From Pyrodictium abyssi (GTDB taxonomy: Archaea; Thermoproteota; Thermoprotei_A; Sulfolobales; Pyrodictiaceae): a stretch of DNA of 32,000 nucleotides. The stretch spans positions 1,560,001 through 1,592,000 of the forward strand of contig NZ_AP028907.1 of the NCBI RefSeq assembly GCF_036323395.1. Direction: 5' to 3'. Below are positions 9,622 through 18,336 of the stretch, in pieces. Both the position numbers and the translations under genes were made by a program. Within the stretch, counting starts at the first letter, position 1, and every line of letters begins with the position of its first letter. The notes beneath the pieces were generated by a model, which was not told the DNA's origin, did no database searches, and saw only the letters and a program-made list of their open reading frames with translations.

Positions 9622-9891
9622 ATGGCGGCTGAAGAGAATGTCGTTATTATTGGAAAGAAGCCTGTCACTGACTATGTGCTGGCGGCAATACTCCTATTCA
9701 ACGAGGGCTACGACGAAGTGACTATACGCGGCCAGGGCCCAAACATAAGCAAGGCTGTGGACGTCTATAACGCTCTCGTTAATAGGCTCCAGGACGGTGT
9801 AGAGCTGATAGGAGTAAGCATAGACAGCATACAGCGGGGAAGAAGACTCGTTCCTATAATAGAGATAAGAGTGCGTAGAAAGATAGTCTAA
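9622..9891 (+). CDS. albA: Alba family DNA/RNA-binding chromatin protein
   Basis: MAAEENVVIIGKKPVTDYVLAAILLFNEGYDEVTIRGQGPNISKAVDVYNALVNRL...IGVSIDSI...RRLVPIIEIRVRRK; start chosen at ATG 9622 with GGGGGTG upstream, rather than GTG 9595. Confidence 0.95.
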   Translation: MAAEENVVIIGKKPVTDYVLAAILLFNEGYDEVTIRGQGPNISKAVDVYNALVNRLQDGVELIGVSIDSIQRGRRLVPIIEIRVRRKIV

Positions 9892-9929
9892 GCCCACCGC
9901 CTAGAATTTAGGCCTCTATGGCGCCTGTT

Positions 9930-10095
9930 ATTCAGCGTCGCTGGCTAACGCTGTCCTCGGCTAGGGCATGCTTCATACGAGTATTAGGCTAATCCTCGTA
10001 GTAGGCGGTACCGATACCCGGGGTCCTAAACCCCAATGCCATGTCGCGCTGGGCAGCGATAACTATGTGGGCTGGTGTAGCTCTGGCCCAGCCGT
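9930..10095. other. Hairpin-rich intergenic region, candidate structured RNA (strand unknown)
   Basis: Consecutive inverted repeats: CAGCGT 9933-9938/ACGCTG 9948-9953; TACGAG-T-ATTA 9976-9986 / TAAT-C-CTCGTA 9990-10000; GGGGT 10020-10024/ACCCC 10030-10034; CGCT 10047-10050/AGCG 10055-10058; GGCTGG 10070-10075/CCAGCC 10088-10093. Confidence 0.35.
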
Positions 10096-10246
10096 TTATA
10101 GATGACGGTATGTTGTAATTGACACAGCTACTAGGCAGCTGTAGGAGTCTTCGTCCCGGGGTATAGCCAGACGTATAATTCTGCCTCCGGGTTACTAGCT
10201 GTAAGTAGCCTATGTGGCTCCCTGAAAGGCTCTGTGGTGGCTGTTA

Positions 10247-11572
10247 ATGGCCTCTGGCCTAGCAGACGGGGTTGAAGCCGACCTACTTGGTAGAGTGATT
10301 GTTGCCTTCCTCTCTGGCATGCTTATAGGTATTGAGCGTGAGAAGGCTAGGGCAGCACTAGCCAGAAGAAGGCAACGCGGTATAGGCATCGAGGAGCTCG
10401 TGGTAAAGGAGTTTCCGGGAATACGTACCTTCAGCCTCGTAGCCGTATACGCTGCGGTGATAGGTGTCTTATGGAGCCGTGGCCTCCTGGACAGCACGCA
10501 TGTGTCCGTACTGCTTATAATATTCGGGATAATTGCGGCCATATTCTCAGCTCATAGACTCCTTGTAGCAAGGATGGCTGGAATAACAACTATAGTTGTG
10601 CTAATGGTTGATTTCGCTGTAGGGCTGCTCGCTGGTCTAGGCGAGATACTGCTGGCCGCTAGTGTGGCAGTTCTCACCACGTTTATCCTGGCTATCAAGC
10701 TGCCAGCAGAGAGGATGGTCGGAAGAATAAGGTATGAGGAGCTGCTATGGGCCCTGGAGCTCGGTGTTATACTAGTAGTCGTAGGGCCGTTGCTATTTAT
10801 GGTTGAGTACGAGTTCTATGGGGTTAGTCTTCGCAGTCTTTACCTATTCTTCGCGCTAGTGCTAGCAACATCGTATATAGGCTATATTATGGCGCGCATC
10901 AAGGGCGGCGAGGGAATAGCGTATGCGTCCCTCTTTGGAGGGTTAGCAAACAGCGAGGCTACACTAATGGCGTTGTTGACGCTTATCCCCTCTAGCCTAA
11001 GGCGTGAGCTGGCGTTCCACATAGCCATGTTAACGAACTCTGCGATGATACTACGCAACATGGTGATAGCTGTTGCGGCTGCGTACCTGGTAGGCAATAG
11101 CTACCTGCAGCTTGGCGACCTTGCACCACTCTTGGTGGCTGCAACAGCGGCTATGGTGCCGGCGTTCCTTTCTTGGCGTCATTCTCTACGGATAGGCACG
11201 TCGATAACAGCTGTAAGGATAGAGAACCCGCTACGCTTCACTACAGCCGCCAAGAGCACGATACTGTATCTCGTGATAACCTTTGTATCATACCTGCTGC
11301 AGCACAGTAGTATAGCTAGCCTTGTGCTAGTAGTGGTTGCAGGTGGGTTCGTCTCAAGTAGTGCAACAATACTCGCCCTATTCTCTATAGGGGGGCTCGC
11401 TGCGGTAGACTTAGCCCGCCTTGCAATAGTGGCGACGATCGCGGGCGTCTTAAACAAGGTTATATACGCCTACCTTGTCGACACCGAGCCCGAAACCATA
11501 AGGCGTGTAGCTCTGGCATGCGTGCTTCAAGCTGTCCTAATGATACTAGGGCTTGTTGTAAACAGTGCCTAG
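10247..11572 (+). CDS. MgtC/SapB-like integral membrane protein with DUF4010-like C-terminal half
   Basis: 441 aa; LLGRVIVAFLSGMLIGIEREKARAA...GIRTFSLVAVYAAVIG typical of MgtC/SapB N-terminus, followed by many TM segments including SLFGGLANSEATLMAL. Confidence 0.85.
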   Translation: MASGLADGVEADLLGRVIVAFLSGMLIGIEREKARAALARRRQRGIGIEELVVKEFPGIRTFSLVAVYAAVIGVLWSRGLLDSTHVSVLLIIFGIIAAIFSAHRLLVARMAGITTIVVLMVDFAVGLLAGLGEILLAASVAVLTTFILAIKLPAERMVGRIRYEELLWALELGVILVVVGPLLFMVEYEFYGVSLRSLYLFFALVLATSYIGYIMARIKGGEGIAYASLFGGLANSEATLMALLTLIPSSLRRELAFHIAMLTNSAMILRNMVIAVAAAYLVGNSYLQLGDLAPLLVAATAAMVPAFLSWRHSLRIGTSITAVRIENPLRFTTAAKSTILYLVITFVSYLLQHSSIASLVLVVVAGGFVSSSATILALFSIGGLAAVDLARLAIVATIAGVLNKVIYAYLVDTEPETIRRVALACVLQAVLMILGLVVNSA

Positions 11573-12183
11573 GGTGCCTGGTAGAACCCAAACTTCTGGA
11601 AGACAGCTATGTGGCCGAGGTCTACAAGCACAGTCAAGGTTCGCACGCCACCGGCATACAGGCCTGCGACAACGTAGGGTGGTGCGTCGCTCACGTCAAC
11701 GACTCTTGACGATACGCCCTTGGCTAGGCGTGCGACTCGCCTAGCTACATCCCGTGCCGTAGGCTTTGCCGAGGCTATTAGCGGCAGGCGATATACCTCC
11801 ACTATACCGTTATCCTCCATGACAGCGAGTACTTGGTTGAGTGGCTTCCACCCGGCTATGGGCTCGCTAGAAGCTATTACACGTAGACGCTTCCCCTCCT
11901 TCCACGCATAGGCGGCCGCGGCGAGGACGAACTCTAGAGCAGTCCTGGCCACAATAGTATCCGGTACAGCCTCGCCGCCAACCCTCCTAGCTATCGCTTC
12001 AAGCCCTCGCTCCACGTCTTCGAGGAACGCTGCTGCGAGCCTTTCTCGGGCCTCCTCGCTTCCCTCGGCTAGTACGAGCCTAAACAGCTCGCCTACACCA
12101 GGACCCGCCACGGCTCTATACCCTCCGCGGAGCCCCCGGGTACTAAGGCCTCTGGGATCACCCCTAGCTAGAGCTTGTCGCAC
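11569..12183 (-). CDS. Hypothetical protein (up to 204 aa)
   Basis: Long ORF, Ala/Arg/Val-rich coding-like sequence; N-terminal ~30 residues look unlike protein so the true start may be internal. Confidence 0.65.
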   Translation of the reverse strand: MRQALARGDPRGLSTRGLRGGYRAVAGPGVGELFRLVLAEGSEEARERLAAAFLEDVERGLEAIARRVGGEAVPDTIVARTALEFVLAAAAYAWKEGKRLRVIASSEPIAGWKPLNQVLAVMEDNGIVEVYRLPLIASAKPTARDVARRVARLAKGVSSRVVDVSDAPPYVVAGLYAGGVRTLTVLVDLGHIAVFQKFGFYQAP

Positions 12184-12746
12184 AACACTTCTGCGCGGAA
12201 CTCGCCGTCGACGAGGTTTATGTACGCTCTACACTCGGGAGACCCGAGACACACGTATAGTACGTCGTTCACGCGGGCTACACCCGGACCATAACAGTCT
12301 CCTAGCACCACCACTCTAGGCCTCCACGCGGCTACGGCATCACTGACCTCGAATAGGCCACGGCTTACACCTATACGTGAGCGGTCAAAGAGCCCATGCG
12401 GCGGGTACTCGCTCACTAGGAGTAGCATACTCGGCTTCTGCTCCTCTATCTCCGCGCTTAGAGACTTTATGTTTGCCAATGGCTCTCTTCCACCGATCCC
12501 CGCTACGTAGAGCCCGCTACCGTGGTATACCAGGTGCCCCTCGACGCTAGTAGAGTACGCAGAAAGGAGCCTGGCAACGTAGTGATCATCCCGCCTGCCC
12601 GGGACGCTGTAAACCCTGTTCCCGAGACTAGTGAGTCTCTCCACTTCACGTGCTTCACGCGGCGACCCCACAACTATGGCGGCATCGACGCTTGATGCGA
12701 TGGGTAGCCTCCTTCTGTGCGCTACTAGCCGTAGCACTCCCGACAC
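12168..12746 (-). CDS. Metallophosphoesterase-like hypothetical protein (192 aa)
   Basis: Alternating beta/alpha pattern DAAIVVGSPREAREVERLTSLGNRVYSVPGRRDDHYVARLL...LLLVSEYPPHGLFD..., resembling archaeal calcineurin-like phosphoesterases but lacking an obvious full set of metal ligands. Confidence 0.5.
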   Translation of the reverse strand: MSGVLRLVAHRRRLPIASSVDAAIVVGSPREAREVERLTSLGNRVYSVPGRRDDHYVARLLSAYSTSVEGHLVYHGSGLYVAGIGGREPLANIKSLSAEIEEQKPSMLLLVSEYPPHGLFDRSRIGVSRGLFEVSDAVAAWRPRVVVLGDCYGPGVARVNDVLYVCLGSPECRAYINLVDGEFRAEVLCDKL

Positions 12747-12935
12747 CCTCTCCAGAGGAGCAATGAAGGAGCCTCAGCGCTACAATGTATCCTCATCCCC
12801 GTACGCGGTCGAAGGGTCTGGCCGCCCATCGCTCTTCACCGGCCCTCTACAGCGGAAACAACCACTGTAATGTCGGCGTATAAACATGATGCAAAGCCCA
12901 GGGTAGAACAACGGCTCAGAGCAAAGCCTCCAGGC

Positions 12936-13706
12936 TCAGCTCTTGCCTCCACAGTCCACACGCTTAACATGTACACCAAAGCCAGCATTTATAGCATGCT
13001 GCAACGCGTATGCTAGGTCACTAAGCCTGTTAAGAAGCCTAGCAACCATCCTATGTTGCTCGGGAACATTACCATCAATAGCCTCTATACAGCGCCATAA
13101 TGAGCGCTCGGCTCTCCGTATAACAGCTCTCGCATAAGATGTAGCGGCAGCTGCTGGATGACCACCATTAATCGTGAAGAGAGGCTTTATAAAGACGGAT
13201 AGCTCGTCTATAAGCTCCTCTACATGCCTAATGTCGTCCCCGTCTATGCAGCTCCTACCAGCTAGTGTGAACCCGGCACGGAATAATAGGACTTGCATAT
13301 ACTCCAGGATTCTGGCATACCTTCCTGCATCCCCGCTAGCAGTAGAAGCCTCTAGTAGGCTTTGGGCAAGCCCTAGGGCAGCCTCGGCCTCGTCCAGCGC
13401 GCCAACGAACTCTATGCACGGGTGCGTCTTGGGGACACGGCTGCCGGTCAGCAAGCACATAGTATAGCCGTCGTCGCCGCTCCTAGTGTATATCCTCCTT
13501 CGCTCTCTGCTTTGTTGCAGAGCAGCTCCCCGGAGCACCCACTCTATCAAGTAAATCCGGGTTAAAAAGGACGTAGGCACGAAGCACGCTAAGTGGACCT
13601 TGCGCTCTAGCTGCGTCCTAAACCATGCGCTGCACCGTAATCTGGCTGAACACGCACCGGGGTGGCAAACCACGCAAGACAGTTTAACCTCTTGTAGCCG
13701 AAACAT
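12936..13706 (-). CDS. PduO-type ATP:cob(I)alamin adenosyltransferase
   Basis: RRRIYTRSGDDGYTMCLLTGSRVPKTHPCIEFVGALDEAEAALGLA...RAVIRRAERSLWRC...LLNRLSDLAYALQHAIN. True start is probably well downstream of the 13706 ORF start. Confidence 0.88.
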   Translation of the reverse strand: MFRLQEVKLSCVVCHPGACSARLRCSAWFRTQLERKVHLACFVPTSFLTRIYLIEWVLRGAALQQSRERRRIYTRSGDDGYTMCLLTGSRVPKTHPCIEFVGALDEAEAALGLAQSLLEASTASGDAGRYARILEYMQVLLFRAGFTLAGRSCIDGDDIRHVEELIDELSVFIKPLFTINGGHPAAAATSYARAVIRRAERSLWRCIEAIDGNVPEQHRMVARLLNRLSDLAYALQHAINAGFGVHVKRVDCGGKS

Positions 13707-13715
13707 ACAGTATAG

Positions 13716-15674
13716 ATGAGCTACCGTAACTATATTTACAGACTAGGTGTCTGTGTTTTGCCTTTAAGCGATGTAAAGATGCTCATAGGTGGCCCCCAAG
13801 GCACCGGGCTCGAAACAGTATCCCATGTACTCATTGCGGCGCTTGCCTACAACGGTTACGGTGTGCTATCCGGCCGTGAATACCACTCGAACATAAAGGG
13901 TAGACACAGCTACATCCTCCTCCGCGTATCCTCACACGAAGTGCCGAAGAGCCTCACCTACCCCGTGGACATTCTAGCTGCAATGGACCCTGAGACTGTA
14001 TTCACGCACTGCGCCGATGTATCGCATAGCGGCTTCCTCGTATACGACGTAGGCGGCGAGGATACACGCCTCGATAAAATAGTGAGCATGGAGAGCTATA
14101 CACGCCAGCGCATAGAGAAGAGGCTCCAGAGGGAAGGGGTAGAGCCTGTACTAGGGAAGCTCGTAGAGTATCTCGAGTCTAAGGGCGTCAAGGTAGTAGG
14201 GCTAGACTACCGGAGTATCCTCTCCGAGCTGCGGGAGAGACACGGTATAGCCCCGCACATGCTTTCACGTTTCACGAGCTCGGTCATAGTCGGGGCTATA
14301 GCTGGGCTAATAGGCCTCGACGAGGAGTCTCTACGTGCAGGCTTTTCGCATAGATTCGCTGCAAGAAAGCAACTTGTAGAGCCGAACGTATACATAGCAG
14401 TAAAAGTGGCCGAGCATGTTTCCAGCAAGTTCGGTCCAAGGCTCATCCTAGAAGAGAGTATGCTGCAGCATGAGGAGTACATGGTTGTGAGTGGCAACGA
14501 GGCTGTAGCCATAGGCAAGATTATTGGAGGAGTAAGGTTCCAGTCGTACTACCCCATAACACCGGCGCAGGATGAGAGCTTCTTCCTTGAGAGCCACGAG
14601 AAGCTAACAGACGGTAACAGGCAGCTAGGATCAGTGCTGGTTCTACAGACGGAGGACGAGATAGCAGCAATAGCCGCAGCCATGGGCGCCGCCCTTGCAG
14701 GGACTAGGGCAGCCACAGCTACGAGTGGCCCAGGCTTCGACCTAATGGCGGAAGGGCTCTCGTGGGCTGGCATGAACGAGGTGCCCATAGTAGTGACCTA
14801 TTACCAGCGCGGCGGCCCATCAACGGGCATGCCTACTCGCGGTGCCCAGAGCGACCTCTTTACAGCGCTATTCTCCGGGCACGGGGAGTTCCCGCGCGTC
14901 GTAATAGCCTCTGGAGACCACCTGGAAGCACTCAACGATGCCGTGGAGGCGTTGAATATCGCCGAGCGCTACCAGGTCCCCGTGATTCATCTCCTAGACA
15001 AGTTCCTCGCCAATAGCATAGCCACCATACCCATACCAGACACCAGCAGTATGACCATAGATAGGGGTAAGCTGGTTACCAGGGTAGAGGCTCCTCTTAA
15101 CTATAAGCGTTTCAGCTTAGACGAGCTGGTATCTCCTAGAGCTCCGCTAGGCTATGCTGTATCATGGTATACTGGGGACGAGCACGACGAGTACGGCCAT
15201 ATAACGGAGGACCCGGTACTCCGGGTGAAGATGCACAGCAAGCGCATGAGGAAGATGGAGCTTATAGCCAGCGAGATACCGGAGGAACATCGAGCCCAGC
15301 TATACGGCTACACAGAGCCAGACCTCCTGCTAATCGGCTGGGGAAGCGTGAAGGGAGTAGTACTGGACGCAGCTAGGATCCTCGAGAAGAAGGGGGTAAG
15401 GGTAAGCTACCTACACATACGCTATATGAGCCCATTCGCCTCAAAGCTTGTAGGTAAGGCTATAGGCCGGGTGGGCGTTGATAGAACTGTGGCGGTAGAA
15501 CACAGCTACGAGGCACACATATCTAAACTAGTCGCCATGAATACTGGGCAGCGCATCACAAAGGAGATAGTGAAGTTCACTGGACGCCCCATCTACACGC
15601 ACGAGCTTGTCGACGCCGTTTTGCGTATCCTCGACACGGGAGAGAAGAGGGTGGTGCTAGACTATGGAGCGTAG
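13716..15674 (+). CDS. 2-oxoacid:ferredoxin oxidoreductase, fused gamma-alpha subunit
   Basis: [17 protein letters not shown]...[22 protein letters not shown] (gamma-like), then [85 protein letters not shown]. True start may be TTG 13758 or ATG 13779. Confidence 0.95.
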   Translation: MSYRNYIYRLGVCVLPLSDVKMLIGGPQGTGLETVSHVLIAALAYNGYGVLSGREYHSNIKGRHSYILLRVSSHEVPKSLTYPVDILAAMDPETVFTHCADVSHSGFLVYDVGGEDTRLDKIVSMESYTRQRIEKRLQREGVEPVLGKLVEYLESKGVKVVGLDYRSILSELRERHGIAPHMLSRFTSSVIVGAIAGLIGLDEESLRAGFSHRFAARKQLVEPNVYIAVKVAEHVSSKFGPRLILEESMLQHEEYMVVSGNEAVAIGKIIGGVRFQSYYPITPAQDESFFLESHEKLTDGNRQLGSVLVLQTEDEIAAIAAAMGAALAGTRAATATSGPGFDLMAEGLSWAGMNEVPIVVTYYQRGGPSTGMPTRGAQSDLFTALFSGHGEFPRVVIASGDHLEALNDAVEALNIAERYQVPVIHLLDKFLANSIATIPIPDTSSMTIDRGKLVTRVEAPLNYKRFSLDELVSPRAPLGYAVSWYTGDEHDEYGHITEDPVLRVKMHSKRMRKMELIASEIPEEHRAQLYGYTEPDLLLIGWGSVKGVVLDAARILEKKGVRVSYLHIRYMSPFASKLVGKAIGRVGVDRTVAVEHSYEAHISKLVAMNTGQRITKEIVKFTGRPIYTHELVDAVLRILDTGEKRVVLDYGA

Positions 15675-16650
15675 CCCTACAGACTATAGGACCGGGCTAT
15701 GGGTTGACTGGTGCCCGGGATGCGGTAACTACGGGATACTAGCAGCACTGACACAAGCGCTAGCAGAGCTAGGCCTCGACCCGGCGAAAACAGTGATAGT
15801 GTCCGGTATAGGATGCTCAGGGAAGACACCCCACTATGTACGCGTTAACGGTGTCCACACGCTCCATGGCAGGGCTATACCGTTTGCAACCGGGGTTAAG
15901 CTAGCAAACCCAGAGCTAACGGTGATAGTGGAGGGCGGTGACGGAGACCTACTCGGGATAGGTGCAGGGCACTTCGTGGCACTGGGCCGCCGCAACGTTG
16001 ACATGACGGTGATTATGCACGACAACCAGGTCTACGGGCTGACAAAGGGGCAGGCATCCCCGACACTCCCCTACGGTGTGCAGACCAAGGGCCTCGCGAA
16101 GCCCAATATACAGGGCATGCTGAACCCAGTTCTGCTCGCACTAGCTAGCGGCTATACCTTCGTCGCGAGGGCACTCGCCACCGATGTAAAGCACTTAAAG
16201 CAGCTGATAAAACAAGCGGTAAAACACCGTGGAGCAGCGTTCATAGACGTACTCCAGCCCTGCCCGACATACAACAATGTCTACACAGCCCAGTTCTACA
16301 GGAAGACGGTATACCGGCTAGACGAGGATCCGGACTGGGACCCGGTAGTCAGAGACCCGTCGCAAGAACACAGTAAAAAGATGGCAGCAATGGCCAAGGC
16401 ACATGAATGGGAGCCCCGCATACCCGTCGGAGTATTCTACCACAACCCACTGGTGCCGAGCTTTGAGGAGAGGCTACAAAGCCGCCTGGGCAATTACCTC
16501 GAGGAGCCTCCTGCACGCCAGACCATAGTAAGCGGCTCCGACGGAACTCCGGTCGTGAATACGGAGAGCCTCCGGAGGATGCTTGGCGCAAAGGTAATCA
16601 CTGTGCGTAGAAGCAAGAGGGCAAAACCAGTGATAGCACCCATGCCCTAG
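15664..16650 (+). CDS. 2-oxoacid:ferredoxin oxidoreductase, beta subunit (TPP-binding)
   Basis: [18 protein letters not shown]; [58 protein letters not shown]; [15 protein letters not shown]. Overlaps the alpha gene by 11 nt. Confidence 0.97.
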   Translation: MERSPTDYRTGLWVDWCPGCGNYGILAALTQALAELGLDPAKTVIVSGIGCSGKTPHYVRVNGVHTLHGRAIPFATGVKLANPELTVIVEGGDGDLLGIGAGHFVALGRRNVDMTVIMHDNQVYGLTKGQASPTLPYGVQTKGLAKPNIQGMLNPVLLALASGYTFVARALATDVKHLKQLIKQAVKHRGAAFIDVLQPCPTYNNVYTAQFYRKTVYRLDEDPDWDPVVRDPSQEHSKKMAAMAKAHEWEPRIPVGVFYHNPLVPSFEERLQSRLGNYLEEPPARQTIVSGSDGTPVVNTESLRRMLGAKVITVRRSKRAKPVIAPMP

Positions 16651-16770
16651 GCCCGCGGGCTCGTGCCAAGCCCTATGTAGTATCCCTAGGCGTCGGATAT
16701 GGTTTCTTAGCCCCTTTTCTCTCCCCCGTAGACACCCCGGGGCCTTTCGGAGCCTCCGGGGGGGCCCGAG

Positions 16771-17289
16771 GTGGAGCAGCCGGCGGCTGGCACAGGCAGC
16801 GCTGCAACCGGGAACGGTGGTGTAGTGATTAGAAAGGCTAGGCTAGAAGACATACCAAGGGTCATCGTTATCAATAGAGTCACGCTGCCCGAGAACTACC
16901 CTGAGTGGTTCTGGCGGGATCACCTAGAGAAGTGGGGAGAAGCGTTCTTCGTAGCCGAGGTAGACGGCAAGGTAGTAGGCTACGTGATGTCAAGGGTAGA
17001 ATACGGCGCGCCAAACATAGCCAAAGGAATGCTAGTCAAGAAGGGACACATAGTGTCCATTGCGGTGCTAGAGGGGTACCGGCGCCGCGGGATAGGGACA
17101 GCCCTAATGAAGGCGGCTATCGAGGCCCTACGCGAAAGGTACGGGTGTAAAGAAGTATACCTCGAAGTACGCGTCTCCAATGAGCCGGCTATAAAGCTTT
17201 ACGAGAAACTAGGCTTCAGGAAGGTGCGCGTAATCCCAATGTACTACCTCGACGGAGAGGATGCTTACCTAATGGCCAAGGAGCTCTAG
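16771..17289 (+). CDS. GNAT N-acetyltransferase (RimI / archaeal Ard1-like N-terminal acetyltransferase)
   Basis: VIRKARLEDIPRVIVINRVTLPENYPEWFW; HIVSIAVLEGYRRRGIGTALMKAAIEALRE; VYLEVRVSNEPAIKLYEKLGFRKVRVIPMYY. Confidence 0.93.
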   Translation: MEQPAAGTGSAATGNGGVVIRKARLEDIPRVIVINRVTLPENYPEWFWRDHLEKWGEAFFVAEVDGKVVGYVMSRVEYGAPNIAKGMLVKKGHIVSIAVLEGYRRRGIGTALMKAAIEALRERYGCKEVYLEVRVSNEPAIKLYEKLGFRKVRVIPMYYLDGEDAYLMAKEL

Positions 17290-17369
17290 CCCTAGATAGG
17301 CCTCTTGCCGCCGGGCCAGCGGCCCGAGAGTCTCGCCTCATGTGCATTCGGCGTGTGTAGCTGTTTGGG

Positions 17370-17681
17370 CTACTTTAGCCCGAGCCGTTTAAGAGCATAG
17401 TATATTGTTGACTCCGGCCTATCGAGCCTCTTAGCAATCTCGTAGACTGATGCGCCGCTAAGGTAGAGCTGCCGTATCTGCTCTAGCTCTTCGTCACTTA
17501 GCCTCCTATGCCTGCGGTATCGGCCCTTTCTCCTCTTAATTCTGCCCATAGCCTCTAGCCTGTCAAGCGCCTTATAGACGGTGCTCATGCTATTACCACA
17601 GTGCTTCGCTATCTCCTTCACTGGTGTACCCTGGTTGTATAGTCTCTCGACTATCTCGAGACACTCTTCTACGGAGGGCAA
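17370..17681 (-). CDS. Tandem HTH DNA-binding protein (103 aa)
   Basis: Two helix-turn-helix units: TPVKEIAKHCGNSMSTVYKALDRLEAMGRI and LSDEELEQIRQLYLSGASVYEIAKRLDRPESTIYYALKRLGL. Confidence 0.85.
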   Translation of the reverse strand: MPSVEECLEIVERLYNQGTPVKEIAKHCGNSMSTVYKALDRLEAMGRIKRRKGRYRRHRRLSDEELEQIRQLYLSGASVYEIAKRLDRPESTIYYALKRLGLK

Positions 17682-18020
17682 GCCTTCTTGCTCCCCCGGC
17701 TCAGCGGCTCGGCGGGCTTATTTCAGCATTCGGTTCCGCTTGAACCCGGCTGGTATTAATTCGTGACCCAGGCTCCTGCCCGATAAGAGTCAACCAGGCC
17801 TGTGCCCTAGTTCAGCCTCGTGCTACGCGGCTTGTAGCTCTCTAAGCCTCTGTACCATGTAAGCAGCCCGTAGTACTGTAGACGGAACCTGGTTCGTTTT
17901 CTAGGCCACAGTGTATGTTTAGCAGATGTTATGGTATGTCCTAGAAGGATATTATTCTACATTTTCTATACAGCTTGACTGTTTAATAACTATGAAAACT
18001 AGTTTTAAATACTTCTACTA

Positions 18021-18323
18021 ATGGTGCGTCAGAAGCCGGTGCACGGTACGTTGTCTGCATCGACTCCCGTAGACCGTGAGGGCTACAAAAGAGCCTTCAC
18101 AGCAGCGACGTTAGCATTCTTCATAGCCTGGGCCATCATAGCTATCGGCTTCCACCTACCCGCCAAGAGCCTCTACGCCCCGCCCGGTAGCCCCGAGCGC
18201 ATCAACGGGGCTCCACTAAACTGGTGGATGATACAGATCAGCATCGGCCTCGGCGTCGTCCTCGCCTTCGTCTATGCTTTTGTGATAAACAGGCTCGACG
18301 AGAAGTTTGGGATAGAGGCCTAA
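18021..18323 (+). CDS. DUF4212 family protein, putative small subunit of Na+/solute symporter
   Basis: Two TM segments: ATLAFFIAWAIIAIGFHLPAKSL... and PLNWWMIQISIGLGVVLAFVYAFVINRLDEKFG; directly upstream of an SSF symporter. Confidence 0.85.
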   Translation: MVRQKPVHGTLSASTPVDREGYKRAFTAATLAFFIAWAIIAIGFHLPAKSLYAPPGSPERINGAPLNWWMIQISIGLGVVLAFVYAFVINRLDEKFGIEA

Positions 18324-18336
18324 GGGGTGGGACCGT

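Noticed and set aside
9892-10246. RNase P RNA, SRP RNA or tRNA in the hairpin-rich region
   Set aside because: No RNase P conserved-region sequences, no SRP GGAAGG...AGCAG-type tetraloop region and no tRNA T-arm (GGTTCRAAYCC) were found.
12168-12746. CRISPR-associated/CARF-like assignment for the 192 or 204 aa ORFs
   Set aside because: Only a vague Rossmann-like alternation; no CARF or Cas motifs identifiable.
13716-15376. Alternative-frame ORFs within the oxidoreductase alpha gene (14207, 14549, 14762, 15164)
   Set aside because: Overlap a confident CDS; Arg/Pro-rich frame artefacts.
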